From positions 96,001-160,000 of the forward strand of contig JBBDRK010000049.1 in NCBI GenBank assembly GCA_040905465.1: a DNA stretch of 64,000 nt, written 5' to 3'. A model generated the notes under the pieces. That model did not search any database, was not told the origin of the DNA, and saw nothing but the letters and a program-made list of their open reading frames with translations. Position numbers and translations under genes: made by a program. Source of the DNA: Trueperaceae bacterium (lineage in GTDB: Bacteria > Deinococcota > Deinococci > Deinococcales > Trueperaceae). Below are positions 29,377 through 39,219 of the stretch, piece after piece; within the stretch, counting starts at the first letter, position 1; each line of letters begins with the position of its first letter.

Positions 29377-30812
29377 TGCCGATCACCGTGGCGTTTCTTC
29401 CACCACTCCCTGAAAAACTCCTTCGGCACCGCCCGCAGGTCCCGCGTGGCACTCCAGCCGCGCAGGTAACCGGGCAGGCTCTCGATCCGGCCCCGGCGTA
29501 CGAAGGGCAGCTGCGCCACCCGGCTCACTCGCTGCGCCCGCTCGTACAGTCGCGGGCTGGCGAAAACCCGCGCGGCCGCCCGCATGGCCAGCCGCTCGGG
29601 ATCCAGCGAGGACCGCAACCCGCCCCGCTCGCTTCTCGCTGCCACCACCTGCCCGCGCAGGTGCACCAGCAGCTCCGGAATGTTTATCTTCACCGGGCAG
29701 GCGTCGAAGCACGCGCCGCACAGCGTCGATGCGTAGGGAAGCGATTCGAAGCGGGCCAGCTCGCGCAGCTGCGGTGTGAGCACGGCCCCGATCGGACCGG
29801 GGTAGACCGAGCCGTACGCGTGCCCGCCGGTACGCTCGTAGACCGGGCAGGCGTTGAGGCAGGCGCTGCAGCGGATGCAGTGCAATGCTTCGCGGCCGAC
29901 CTCGTTCGCCAGCACCTTGCTGCGGCCGTTGTCGAGCAGCACCAGGTGGAACTCCCGGGGACCGTCGACCTGATGGACTCCCGTCCAGAACGAGGTGTAG
30001 GGGTTCATCCGTTCGCCGGTGGAGGAGCGCGGCAGCAGTTGCAGGAACACCTCCATGTCCTGCCAGGACGGCACTAGCTTCTCGATCCCCATGACGGTGA
30101 TCAGGGTTCGGGGCAGCGTGATGCACATGCGACCGTTGCCCTCCGACTCCACCACGCATACTGTGCCGGTTTCGGCCACCGCGAAGTTGGCGCCGCTGAT
30201 GCCGACCGTCGTGCTCAGGAACTTCTGGCGCAAGTACTTGCGGGCGGCGCGGGTGAGGTCGGCGGGGTCGTCGCTCAACCCGGTCTCTCCCAGGGTCCGG
30301 GCGAACAGCTCCCTGATTTCCGAGCGATTCTTGTGGATCGCCGGAACCAGGATGTGGCTGGATGCCTCGCCGGCCAACTGGATTATCAGCTCGGCGAGAT
30401 CGGTCTCGATGGCCTGCACGCCAGCGTCCGCCAGAGCGTCGTTGAGGCGGATCTCGTCGGTAGTGAGCGACTTGACCTTGATCGCCTCGGAAGAACCGGT
30501 TCGCCGCACCAGCTCACCGACGATGCGATTCGCCTCGTCGCCATCCTCGGCCCAGTGCACGGTGCCGCCGGCGGCAGTCACCCGCTCCTCCAGTTGCAAC
30601 AGGTAGGAGTCGAGGTTTCGCATCGTCTGCGCCTTGATGCGCCGGCCGGCCTCGCGCAACTGCTCCCAGTCGGGCAGTTCGGCGGTCAGTGCAAGGCGCT
30701 TGGCACGGATTGCGCTGGTGGCCTTGCCCAGGTTGCGCCTCAACTGGGAGTCTTCGAGCGCCACCTTCGCCGCGTCGGGAAACGGCACCATCGGTAGCTC
30801 AAGGCGTGACAT
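29373..30812 (-). CDS. lutB: Lactate utilization protein B (Fe-S protein)
   Basis: [36 protein letters not shown] and [13 protein letters not shown]. Confidence 0.93.
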   Translation of the reverse strand: MSRLELPMVPFPDAAKVALEDSQLRRNLGKATSAIRAKRLALTAELPDWEQLREAGRRIKAQTMRNLDSYLLQLEERVTAAGGTVHWAEDGDEANRIVGELVRRTGSSEAIKVKSLTTDEIRLNDALADAGVQAIETDLAELIIQLAGEASSHILVPAIHKNRSEIRELFARTLGETGLSDDPADLTRAARKYLRQKFLSTTVGISGANFAVAETGTVCVVESEGNGRMCITLPRTLITVMGIEKLVPSWQDMEVFLQLLPRSSTGERMNPYTSFWTGVHQVDGPREFHLVLLDNGRSKVLANEVGREALHCIRCSACLNACPVYERTGGHAYGSVYPGPIGAVLTPQLRELARFESLPYASTLCGACFDACPVKINIPELLVHLRGQVVAARSERGGLRSSLDPERLAMRAAARVFASPRLYERAQRVSRVAQLPFVRRGRIESLPGYLRGWSATRDLRAVPKEFFREWWKKRHGDRQ

Positions 30813-31698
30813 CGGCGCCCTCCACCCGGCCGCTGCGACTGTGGCCGATCCCGCCAGCGCCATCCGCGTCCCCGCTCACATCTCGAGTGCGGCCGATCCA
30901 GCCACCATCGATCCCGCCCCTGTTCTCCTCAGTACGGCCGCCACTATCCGCCGGCGCCTCCGCTGCATCATCCATCGTGCTGGCGAGGATCTCGGCGAGA
31001 TGGACTGCCCGCACGCCGGTTCGGCCCCGCGACAACGCTCCACCAATGTGCATCAGGCAGGAGTTGTCGGCCGCCACGCACGCTTCCGCTTTGGTGGAGA
31101 GCACGTTGGCCACCTTGTCGCTCAGCATCGCCATGCTCGTATCGGAATTCTTCACGGCGAAGGTGCCGCCGAAGCCACAGCACGTTTCGGCATCGGGCAA
31201 CTGCACGATCTCGATACCGCGCACCGCCCGAAGCAGCTTCAGCGGAGCGTCACCCACCCGAATCGCACGCAGGCTGTGACATGTGGGGTGATAGGTCACG
31301 CGGTGCGGGTAGTAGGCGCCCACGTCCTCAACCCCCAGTTGCCCCACCAGGAACTCCGAGAGTTCGAAGGTGCGCTCCCCCACCGCTTCGACGGCCGCAA
31401 CCAGTTCTTCGTCACCAACCTGCCGGGCGAGGTACGGGTAGAACTCGCGTACCATCCCCACGCATGAAGCCGACGGCGCCACGACCGCGTCGCCGCCGGC
31501 GAATACCTCGACGAAACGGCGGGCCAAGGTCAGGGCCTCCTGCTGGTAACCGGTGTTGAAGTGCATCTGCCCGCAGCACGTTTGCGCGGCCGGGAAGTCC
31601 ACCTGCAAGCCGACTCGTTCCAGCACCCGCGTCATTGCCACCGCCGCCTCGGGATAGAGCGTGTCTACATAGCAGGGGACGAAGAGTGAGACTTGCAA
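30799..31698 (-). CDS. lutA: Lactate utilization protein A (CCG domains) with a low-complexity C-terminal tail
   Basis: QTCCGQMHFN, YHPTCH, CCGFGGTF and SCLMHI; AAGGAG RBS before TTG. Confidence 0.93.
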   Translation of the reverse strand: MQVSLFVPCYVDTLYPEAAVAMTRVLERVGLQVDFPAAQTCCGQMHFNTGYQQEALTLARRFVEVFAGGDAVVAPSASCVGMVREFYPYLARQVGDEELVAAVEAVGERTFELSEFLVGQLGVEDVGAYYPHRVTYHPTCHSLRAIRVGDAPLKLLRAVRGIEIVQLPDAETCCGFGGTFAVKNSDTSMAMLSDKVANVLSTKAEACVAADNSCLMHIGGALSRGRTGVRAVHLAEILASTMDDAAEAPADSGGRTEENRGGIDGGWIGRTRDVSGDADGAGGIGHSRSGRVEGADVTP

Positions 31699-31745
31699 GA
31701 GCGGCTCCTTCCAGCAAGCGGCAGGATCAGGTATCGGCGTCTACA

Positions 31746-32729
31746 TTACCGCGGCACCGTAAGCACGATCTTGCCGATGTTCCTGTTCGCTTCCATGTAG
31801 GCGTGAGCCTCCTCGGCCTGGTCGATCGGAAAGGTTCGGTCGATCACCGGCCGCAGCACCCCGCTCTGCAGGTCGGCACCGAATCGCGCCAGGAACTCGT
31901 CCTTGAGAGAGATCTTCTCTGCAACCGGTCTGCTTCGCAGCGTCGCGCCGACCAGTTCCAGTCGTTTGCGGGTCAGGCTGTAGATGTCGAGCTCGAGCTT
32001 GCTCCCGCTCAACGCCGCCACGAAAACCAGCCGCCCCCGGACGTTCATGAGCCGCAGGTTTCGGTCGAAGTACTCCCTGCCCACCATGTCGACGACGACA
32101 TCGACGCCACCCCCCGAGAGGAGCGCGCCGAGCCTCTCTTCGAAATCCTCTTCCCGGTAATTGACGGCAATCTCCGCGCCCAACGCCTCGCACGCCTCGG
32201 TCTTCGCCCGGCTTCCTGCCGTCGCGAACACCCGGCAGCCGGCCCTGTGGGCCATCTGGATTGCAGCCGTGCCCACGCCGCTCGCTCCGGCGTGGATCAG
32301 AACCGTCTCCCCAGGCTTGAGTCGGCCCTCCCAGAACAACGCGGAGAACGCCGTAAGGAACACCTCCGGAACCGCGGCGGCCTCCGTGAGCGTGAGTGAG
32401 GCGGGAACCGGAATCAGCATGGCAGCCGGCACCACCGCCTCTTCGGCGTAGCCGCCGCCCGGCAGGAGGGCACACACCCGGTCCCCCACCGACCAACCGC
32501 CGACCTCCGCGCCCAGTTCGCGGACCAGCCCCGCCATTTCCAGGCCCATGATCTCGCTGGCACCCGGCGGCGGGGGATAGTTGCCCGCCCGCTGCAGCAG
32601 GTCGGCACGGTTGAGTGCGGCGGCGTGCACGTCCACCCGAACCTCGTCGGGGGCGAGTTTCGGGGCCGCGACCTCCGACCAGCGCAGAGGTGCGCCCGCC
32701 TCCTGTTCACCGACGATGATCGCCTTCAC
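31746..32729 (-). CDS. NAD(P)H-quinone oxidoreductase, PIG3/zeta-crystallin family
   Basis: NRADLLQRAG.YPPP.GAS, GLE.AG, LIHAGASGVG and GKIVL. Confidence 0.92.
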   Translation of the reverse strand: MKAIIVGEQEAGAPLRWSEVAAPKLAPDEVRVDVHAAALNRADLLQRAGNYPPPPGASEIMGLEMAGLVRELGAEVGGWSVGDRVCALLPGGGYAEEAVVPAAMLIPVPASLTLTEAAAVPEVFLTAFSALFWEGRLKPGETVLIHAGASGVGTAAIQMAHRAGCRVFATAGSRAKTEACEALGAEIAVNYREEDFEERLGALLSGGGVDVVVDMVGREYFDRNLRLMNVRGRLVFVAALSGSKLELDIYSLTRKRLELVGATLRSRPVAEKISLKDEFLARFGADLQSGVLRPVIDRTFPIDQAEEAHAYMEANRNIGKIVLTVPR

Positions 32730-32760
32730 AGTTCGACTCCTTTCGAACTCCGCCGCATCG

Positions 32761-32940
32761 GGGTCGTTCGCGCATGGGTCATTCGCGTCCGGGTCATTCG
32801 CAACCTCGCCGGAAGCGGGCGGGTCGGATGCGGGCGGACTGTTCGCGCCACGGTCGGTAGCGGCCGGGTCATCCGCGCCCGCGTCGGTAGTGGGCGGGTC
32901 GGTAGCGCCGGGGTCATTCGCGCCCGCGTCGGTAACGCGC
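32761..32940. repeat. Degenerate 15-bp tandem repeat, 12 units (consensus approx. GGGTCRTTCGCGCCC)
   Basis: Units in register from 32761: gggtcgttcgcgcat / gggtcattcgcgtcc / gggtcattcgcaacc / ... / gggtcattcgcgccc / gcgtcggtaacgcgc. Confidence 0.85.
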
Positions 32941-34587
32941 AGCGCCTGCCTCGGTAACGTACCCTTCGTTCAGGTCGCGCTCAAGCAGCTCCGGAGCGCG
33001 CTCCTCCGGCAAGCCGAAGCCGCTTCCTCCCGGCATGTCAATGGTGACGACATCCGCCGGCGTCCTCAACTCCGCCATGCCGTGCAGCTCGCCGTTCTCG
33101 AGCCGCCCTTCGGGAGTGTCCAGCGCGACTCCGGCCAGGCTGCCCGCCTGCCCGCCGTGCAAGCCCGGCGTCGCTACGATCATTCCTTGCGGATGAAGCG
33201 AGAGCAGGGAGGCCTGGCCGTCATCGAACAGCTTGCGCAGCCGCAACCGCTGACCGAGTCCGCCGCGGTGCCGGCCCGGGCCGCCGCTGTCGGCGATGAA
33301 CGCCTTCTCCTCCACCAATAACGGCGTGCGCGTTTCGAACATCTCGATCGAGGTGTTGCCTGCCGACGTGGGGTAGAGCAGCGCGCTCTGGCCGTCACCT
33401 GAGAGGCTGGCGCCTTGCCCGCCACCCTGGAATACGTGATCGTTGTAAACGTTGCCCTCGGCGTCCCGGCCGTAGGCGGCGGCTCCCATCGGCAGCCCGG
33501 TAAACGCCTGCACCCGCTCCGGCAGGACCTCTGCTAGCGCGGCGAAGATCGCCGGAGCACAGTACCAGCCCGTCTGGGTGCGTTGGTTCACGGCCGCCGG
33601 ATAGACGCAGTTGAGGACGCTACCTTCAGGCGCCGTCACCTCGATCGGCCGGAAGCAGCCGGCGTTCGACGGTATGTCGGGCGTGAGAATGCACTTAAGT
33701 GCGTAAACGGTATGAGCAGCGGTGTAGTTCATGGTGCAGTTGATTCCGCCCATAGGCTGCTCGGGGGGCGCCTCCCAGTCGACATGCAGCGTTTCCCCGG
33801 CGACCGTGATCGATACCGCCAGCTCGAGCGGCTCGGCGTGGCCGTCGAACTTCACCCGACTGCGGTACACGCCGTCGGGAACCGCCGCAACCGCCTCGCG
33901 CATGGCGCCCTCGGCGCGCGACTGTACCTCGTAGGCCAGGGCCCGCAGGTCGTTCAGCTCGTAGGCTTCCATGAACGACAGCAACCGGTGCATCGCCACC
34001 TTGTTGGCGCTGTGTTGCGCCTGGATGTCGCCCAGCACCATCTCGCCCTTGCGCACGTTGCGCTCGATGAGGGCGAACAGGCTCGCGTTCGGGACGCCGG
34101 CCTCGTAGAGCTTCATAGGTGGAATCTGCAGCCCCTCCTCATACACCTCGCGAACCGACTGGTAGTGCCTGGTACCGCCGATATCCGAACAGTGAGCGAT
34201 TGAGCCCACCAGCGCAACCAGGTCGCCGTGGCGGAAGACAGGAGTGACCAGCGCCACGTCGAAGAGGTGGCCGGCGCACAGCCACGGATCGTTGGTGACG
34301 AGTACGTCACCCTCACGCAGCGTCTCCTTCGGAAACTGCTCGAGCAGCGCCTTCACCGCCCGCGGCAGGGTGAGGTTGAAGACCGGCATCGAGCGAGGTG
34401 AGTGGGCCAACGACTCGCCGTCGGCATCGAGCAGTTCGCAGCCGAAATCCTGAGCTTCGCCGATGATGGTGCTGAAAGCGGTCCGCCAGATCGTGATCCA
34501 GCACTCCTCGGTAATGTTTACCAGACGGCTCCACATCACCTCCAGGCTCACCGGATCGAAGGCGGGCTTGGGGGTTGCTCCACTCAT
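32914..34587 (-). CDS. Hydantoinase B/oxoprolinase family protein
   Basis: DPVSLEV.W.RL, RTAFS.II.E..D, NDP...GHL.D, H..DIGG, EEGL.IPP and GG.G..RGGLG. Alternative start at 34641. Confidence 0.92.
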   Translation of the reverse strand: MSGATPKPAFDPVSLEVMWSRLVNITEECWITIWRTAFSTIIGEAQDFGCELLDADGESLAHSPRSMPVFNLTLPRAVKALLEQFPKETLREGDVLVTNDPWLCAGHLFDVALVTPVFRHGDLVALVGSIAHCSDIGGTRHYQSVREVYEEGLQIPPMKLYEAGVPNASLFALIERNVRKGEMVLGDIQAQHSANKVAMHRLLSFMEAYELNDLRALAYEVQSRAEGAMREAVAAVPDGVYRSRVKFDGHAEPLELAVSITVAGETLHVDWEAPPEQPMGGINCTMNYTAAHTVYALKCILTPDIPSNAGCFRPIEVTAPEGSVLNCVYPAAVNQRTQTGWYCAPAIFAALAEVLPERVQAFTGLPMGAAAYGRDAEGNVYNDHVFQGGGQGASLSGDGQSALLYPTSAGNTSIEMFETRTPLLVEEKAFIADSGGPGRHRGGLGQRLRLRKLFDDGQASLLSLHPQGMIVATPGLHGGQAGSLAGVALDTPEGRLENGELHGMAELRTPADVVTIDMPGGSGFGLPEERAPELLERDLNEGYVTEAGAARYRRGRE

Positions 34588-34615
34588 CTGTGCACTTCCG
34601 AAATCTTCACGTGAG

Positions 34616-36754
34616 TCATCCTTCGTTCTTTCGAAGCGCATGGACCGGCCGCCCGGCAGCGACGTCGATAGACACCCTCAGGTTGCCGGCGTCGTCCACC
34701 TGCAACAGGTCGCCGGGGGGAATCACGGTGGTGCTTTCGCGCTCCTCGACTATGAGCGGACCATCGATCCGAGCGCCCAAGGGCAGGGCTTCGCGGCCGT
34801 AGACCGGCGTCTCGACAAAACCGCGCGTTTCCGGGAAGTACGCCGAGCGCATCCCCTTGGGCGCCAACGGCGCGGCGGCCCGTGAAGGGTCGGCATGCAG
34901 GTCTACCCGCGGCTCCGGCCCGATGCCGCGCAGCCGCCAGCTCATCGCCATCGGCCGGTATCCCGCCAGCACATTGTGGTAGCGCTCGCCGTATACGCGC
35001 TCGAAGGCCTCGCTGAGGGCCGGGCCGATCGACTCATCTATCGGCCCGCCCGGCAAAGGCACCTCGATCTCATGGAACTGGCCGATCAGGCGAGCCTCCA
35101 CGGAGCGTTCGATGCGCACGTCGCCGCCGTTCACGCCGGCACGCCCGAGCAGCGCTCGCGCCTCGCGTTCCATCTCGGCGAACAGTTCGGCAATGGCAGT
35201 CCAGGTGAGGGTGTCGAATGCGCCGGGGTAGGAACGGACGATCTCGAAGCTGGTGGGCGCAACCAGGAAGCCGAGCGCCGACGCCACCCCCGACACCGGC
35301 GGAACAAGCATGCTCCGGGCGCCGAGGATTCGAGCGACCCGCGCCGCATGGGCCGGTCCCGCACCCCCGAAGGCCAATAGCGGAAAATCGCGCGGGTCCT
35401 GATCCTTCTCGATGATGTGTACCCTCGCGGCCCGCGCCATGCTCTCGCATACCACTTGGTGGACACCCCAGGCAGCCTCCACTGCGTCCATTTCCAGGTC
35501 GCGCCCGAGCGCCCCCAGACTGCGCCGTGATGCATCGGCGTCGAGCCGCATGCTCCCGCCCAGAAAGAACTCCGGGTCGTAGTAACCCAGCAGAAGGCAG
35601 GCGTCGGTTACCGTCGGTTCGGTACCGCCTCGACCGTAGCAGGCCGGTCCGGGATCGGCGGATGCGCTCTGCGGCCCCACTTTCAGCAGGCCCAACTGAT
35701 CGCGGCGGGCGATCGAACCGCCTCCTGCCCCGATCTCGATCATGTCCACCACCGGCGCCCTTATCGGCAGACCGGAACCCCGCTTGAACCGGTGCACCCG
35801 GCCTGCTTCCATCTCGGCGGCGATGTCGGGCCTCCCGTTTTGAATGAGGCAGGCCTTGGCGGTGGTGCCGCCCATATCGAAAGACAGCAGGTTCCGCTCG
35901 CCGGCCCTGCGCCCAAGATAGGCGGTCGCCAAAGCCCCGCCGGCCGGCCCGGACTCGAGCAGGCGGATCGGGTAGCGACGGGCGATCTCCGGTGAGGCGA
36001 TGCCGCCGCTGCTGAGCATCAGCGAGAAGCGGCCCAGGAAACCGCTCTCAGCCAAGGCTGCCTCGATGCGCGCGAGGTAACGGTCCATCAAGGGCTGTAC
36101 GTAGGCGTTGCAGGCGGTCGTGTTGGTCCGCTCGTACTCGCGTATCTCCGGCACCACGTCGTACGACGCGCTCACGTAGAGGCCAGGGTGACGCCGGCTG
36201 ACCCGCTCTGCGACGGCCCGCTCATGATCCGGGTTGCGGTAGCTGTGGAGCAGGCAGATCGCCAGCGCCTCGACACCGTCATCAACCAGTCGGTCGACCA
36301 GGGCGTCGACCTGCTCGAGGTCGATCGGCCGGAGGACCTCCCCGTCGCGGCTGAGGCGCTCGTCCAGCTCGAGGCGGTGTCTGCGCGGAACGACCGGTTC
36401 AGGGTAGTTCAGGAACAGGTCGTATATGTCGTAGCGCTGCTCGTGCCCCATCTCGAGCACGTCGCGGAATCCGCGGGTGGTCAAGAGGCCGGTCGGACGT
36501 CCGCGACGCTCGATGACGGCGTTGGTCACGAGCGTGGTTCCGTGGATCACGGCGTCTACCTGGGTAAGCTCCACGCCGGCCATGGCGAGCAGTTCCTGCA
36601 ACCCCTGCAGGGCACCGACCGCCGGATCGTCGGGGGTGGTCAGGCACTTGTGCAACTGCAGTTGATCGTTCGTGCGGTCGAGCAGAACCAGGTCGGTAAA
36701 GGTTCCGCCGATGTCGAGACCTACCTGAAAGTCTTGCCGTCCGGCGCTGCTCAC
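34616..36754 (-). CDS. Hydantoinase A/oxoprolinase family protein (ATP-binding subunit)
   Basis: DIGGTFTD, HGTT..TNA, ESGPAGG, DMGGTT, IGAGGGSI, PGPACYG and FGGAGP. Confidence 0.94.
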   Translation of the reverse strand: MSSAGRQDFQVGLDIGGTFTDLVLLDRTNDQLQLHKCLTTPDDPAVGALQGLQELLAMAGVELTQVDAVIHGTTLVTNAVIERRGRPTGLLTTRGFRDVLEMGHEQRYDIYDLFLNYPEPVVPRRHRLELDERLSRDGEVLRPIDLEQVDALVDRLVDDGVEALAICLLHSYRNPDHERAVAERVSRRHPGLYVSASYDVVPEIREYERTNTTACNAYVQPLMDRYLARIEAALAESGFLGRFSLMLSSGGIASPEIARRYPIRLLESGPAGGALATAYLGRRAGERNLLSFDMGGTTAKACLIQNGRPDIAAEMEAGRVHRFKRGSGLPIRAPVVDMIEIGAGGGSIARRDQLGLLKVGPQSASADPGPACYGRGGTEPTVTDACLLLGYYDPEFFLGGSMRLDADASRRSLGALGRDLEMDAVEAAWGVHQVVCESMARAARVHIIEKDQDPRDFPLLAFGGAGPAHAARVARILGARSMLVPPVSGVASALGFLVAPTSFEIVRSYPGAFDTLTWTAIAELFAEMEREARALLGRAGVNGGDVRIERSVEARLIGQFHEIEVPLPGGPIDESIGPALSEAFERVYGERYHNVLAGYRPMAMSWRLRGIGPEPRVDLHADPSRAAAPLAPKGMRSAYFPETRGFVETPVYGREALPLGARIDGPLIVEERESTTVIPPGDLLQVDDAGNLRVSIDVAAGRPVHALRKNEG

Positions 36755-37686
36755 TTGTTGGCCACCCGCTGCAACTGCGTCATCGGTCCGTACAGGCCAA
36801 CCAGCCGTTCGAACTCCACCGGATCGTAGAAACTGAGTTCACCCGCGCCGAAGCGCTTTGCGACTTCGATCGCGAACTGGCCCGCCGCGGCGGCGTCTTC
36901 GGGCTGGGTAGCGCCGGTGGCGCAACCCGGCACCGGCACCTCGGCGGTCAGGGCAACGCCGACCACCGGAGCGTTCGTGGAGACGGCGGGTTGCATTATC
37001 GAGTTGATGTGGAACACCTCGTTCCCATAAGGGGTGATGTCCTGCATGGTGATGGGTAACACCAGCGGACGTTTGCCGGTGACCCAGCCAAGCGTGTCGA
37101 GCAGGTCATCCGCCACGCGTACGATCCAGCCCTGTACCACCGTTGCGGTGATCGCCACGCCGCGCTGGTTGATCACCCGGTTACCGCGGGTGGTGTCGAT
37201 GGAAAGCACCGCGTCCATCTCGGGCACGACCTCGTGGTCGTTCATGAGAGCCGAGTCGACGGGCGAGCCCATCAGCGGAACCGGTTGGTGCGGCCGCACC
37301 GGAGCGTCGGGGCAAACGTGGGTAGTGATGATCACGTCCCCGGCAAGCCGGTCTCCGGCCGCGACCATCTCTATCAGCTTGCGGGCGGCGGCCAGCGCTG
37401 CCAGCGCGCCGTCACCGTCGGATACGTGACCGACAAGCGCCGGCCGAGCTCCCGAACCACCCAGCCGGCCGATTACGCCGAGAGTCGGGGCGTCTCCCCC
37501 GGCCGTTTTGCCTTTCAGTCCCGGAATCCGCACGCTCACGTGATCGGTCCCGCCGATTTCGCCTCGCAGGCGGCGTACCGTAACCTCCGCCAGGCCGCTC
37601 GCCTGCAGCGCGTCTTTTACTGTCTCTCCGCTGGCGTCGGGTCGGTCCAGAACGTCCAGGAGCTCGATGACCTGGCGCAGGATCAT
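36751..37686 (-). CDS. DUF1177 family protein
   Basis: PTLGVIGRLGG.GARP, VSDGDGA, LSIDTT.GN, QDITPYGN..HINSIMQP and C.TGA; YG.M at the C-terminus. Confidence 0.8.
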   Translation of the reverse strand: MILRQVIELLDVLDRPDASGETVKDALQASGLAEVTVRRLRGEIGGTDHVSVRIPGLKGKTAGGDAPTLGVIGRLGGSGARPALVGHVSDGDGALAALAAARKLIEMVAAGDRLAGDVIITTHVCPDAPVRPHQPVPLMGSPVDSALMNDHEVVPEMDAVLSIDTTRGNRVINQRGVAITATVVQGWIVRVADDLLDTLGWVTGKRPLVLPITMQDITPYGNEVFHINSIMQPAVSTNAPVVGVALTAEVPVPGCATGATQPEDAAAAGQFAIEVAKRFGAGELSFYDPVEFERLVGLYGPMTQLQRVANK

Positions 37687-37741
37687 GGGGCTGCCGCTAC
37701 GGCGCGCTGCGCTTTCGTGCAGTCGTGGTCTCGACCAAGAA

Positions 37742-38422
37742 TCACAGGGCCACCTCGGCCGCCAGCCTGGCGGCCAACGAGCGCGCAAGCACTACCTGCC
37801 CCGGAAACGCCTCTCTTGCCGCGTCGCGCATCCGGAGGTCGTAACCGAAGCAGTCGAGGAAGCAGACCGCGGCTCCAGCGTCCGCCGCCCTCCCCGCGGC
37901 AGCGGCGACTCCCGGCACCGGATCGCTGCAATACGGGTCGGCATCCACGACGAAAGCGTCCACTCCCATCGACGACCACTTGCGCCGCGCCTGCGTGACC
38001 TGACTGGCCAGCGGCGTCAGCGAAGCTACCCGCCCACCAGCCGCCAGTGCCGTCACTACCGCGTACAAAGCCGACTGAGGCGCAAGCAGCGGACGACGAT
38101 GGCGGAAACTGGGGAACTCGCCGGTGCACATGAGGAGCGTTACCCCCACTCCCTCGTCCTCGAGGTCTTCTATCTGAGCCTGCAGACGCGGCAGCAGGTG
38201 GCGCTTGGCGACCTCGACCGAGCGACCGTCCTGCAAAAGCGTGATCAGCCGATAGTCGTCTTCGCTCGGCGACATCTCCGCAATTTCACCGTCGGTGACG
38301 CCGTCGAGGGCCCCGCGTTCGAGAACCCGCACATCGCCGAGCACCTTGCGCACGTCGCTGGCAAGCCCGTCCCGCCTGGGCGCCTGGCCGATCGTCAGCA
38401 AACCGATGGTAGGTGAGCTCAT
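37742..38422 (-). CDS. aroM: AroM family protein
   Basis: LTIGQAPR, G.LDG, L.T.L.DG, LMCTGEF, A.PY and LDCFGY. Confidence 0.85.
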   Translation of the reverse strand: MSSPTIGLLTIGQAPRRDGLASDVRKVLGDVRVLERGALDGVTDGEIAEMSPSEDDYRLITLLQDGRSVEVAKRHLLPRLQAQIEDLEDEGVGVTLLMCTGEFPSFRHRRPLLAPQSALYAVVTALAAGGRVASLTPLASQVTQARRKWSSMGVDAFVVDADPYCSDPVPGVAAAAGRAADAGAAVCFLDCFGYDLRMRDAAREAFPGQVVLARSLAARLAAEVAL

Positions 38423-39219
38423 CGTTTCTCTCCGTAAACGGACCCCAGGCCCACGAAACGCTCGGTGAGGATGACGGCCAGCACGGTTATAGCTACGCTC
38501 ACGGTCGATGCCGCGGCGGCGGTCGGGTCGAACGAGAACCGCAGGTAGTCGAACAGTTGCACCGGCAGGGTCGTGGTGCCGATGCCTGAGAGAAGCAGCG
38601 AGATCGGGAACTGGTCGAAGCTGGTGATGAATGCCAGCACCGCCCCGGAAACCACGCCGCCCTTGATCATCGGCAGCGTGATCCTCCGGAAGGTAGTGAA
38701 GGGTCCGGCGCCCAGGCTACGCGACGCCTCTTCTATCGACGAGTCGAAGCGAACCAGCACCGAGGTCACGGAGATGAAAACGAACGGCGTACACACCAGA
38801 ACGTGACCCACCCCCAGTGCGAAACCGCCGCTGGTACCGACACCGATGGCGTAGAAGTAGATGAGCAGGGCGATGCCGGTGAGGATGGACGGGAAGGCGA
38901 GGGGCGCCACGAACAGCACGCGCAGGAAATCGCGCAGGCGGCGCGCATGGCGCACCACGAACAGGCTGGCCAGGGTGCCGAGAACGGTTGCCACGAAGGT
39001 GACCCAGAGCGCCAGCCGCAACGAGAAGCCCAGCGCCCTCATGAACGGCCGGTTCTGAAAGAAGTTCTCGAACCAGCGCAGCGAGAAACCTTCGGGCGGG
39101 AACGTCAGGTACTCACCGGAGTTGAATGCCGCCAGCACCACGATCACTATCGGGGCCAGCAGGAAGGCGAACATCAACGTCACGAAGGCCGGAAACAGCA
39201 GTCTTCCGGGTCCGGCCAT
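38419..39219 (-). CDS. ABC permease, PotC-like
   Basis: FPPEGFSLRW, EEASRSLGA, SFD and TTLPV. ATG 39219 overlaps the upstream stop (TGATG). Confidence 0.92.
   Translation of the reverse strand: MAGPGRLLFPAFVTLMFAFLLAPIVIVVLAAFNSGEYLTFPPEGFSLRWFENFFQNRPFMRALGFSLRLALWVTFVATVLGTLASLFVVRHARRLRDFLRVLFVAPLAFPSILTGIALLIYFYAIGVGTSGGFALGVGHVLVCTPFVFISVTSVLVRFDSSIEEASRSLGAGPFTTFRRITLPMIKGGVVSGAVLAFITSFDQFPISLLLSGIGTTTLPVQLFDYLRFSFDPTAAAASTVSVAITVLAVILTERFVGLGSVYGEKR

Noticed and set aside
32761-32940. CRISPR array
   Set aside because: Contiguous degenerate 15-mers with no unique spacers, and no cas genes in the window.
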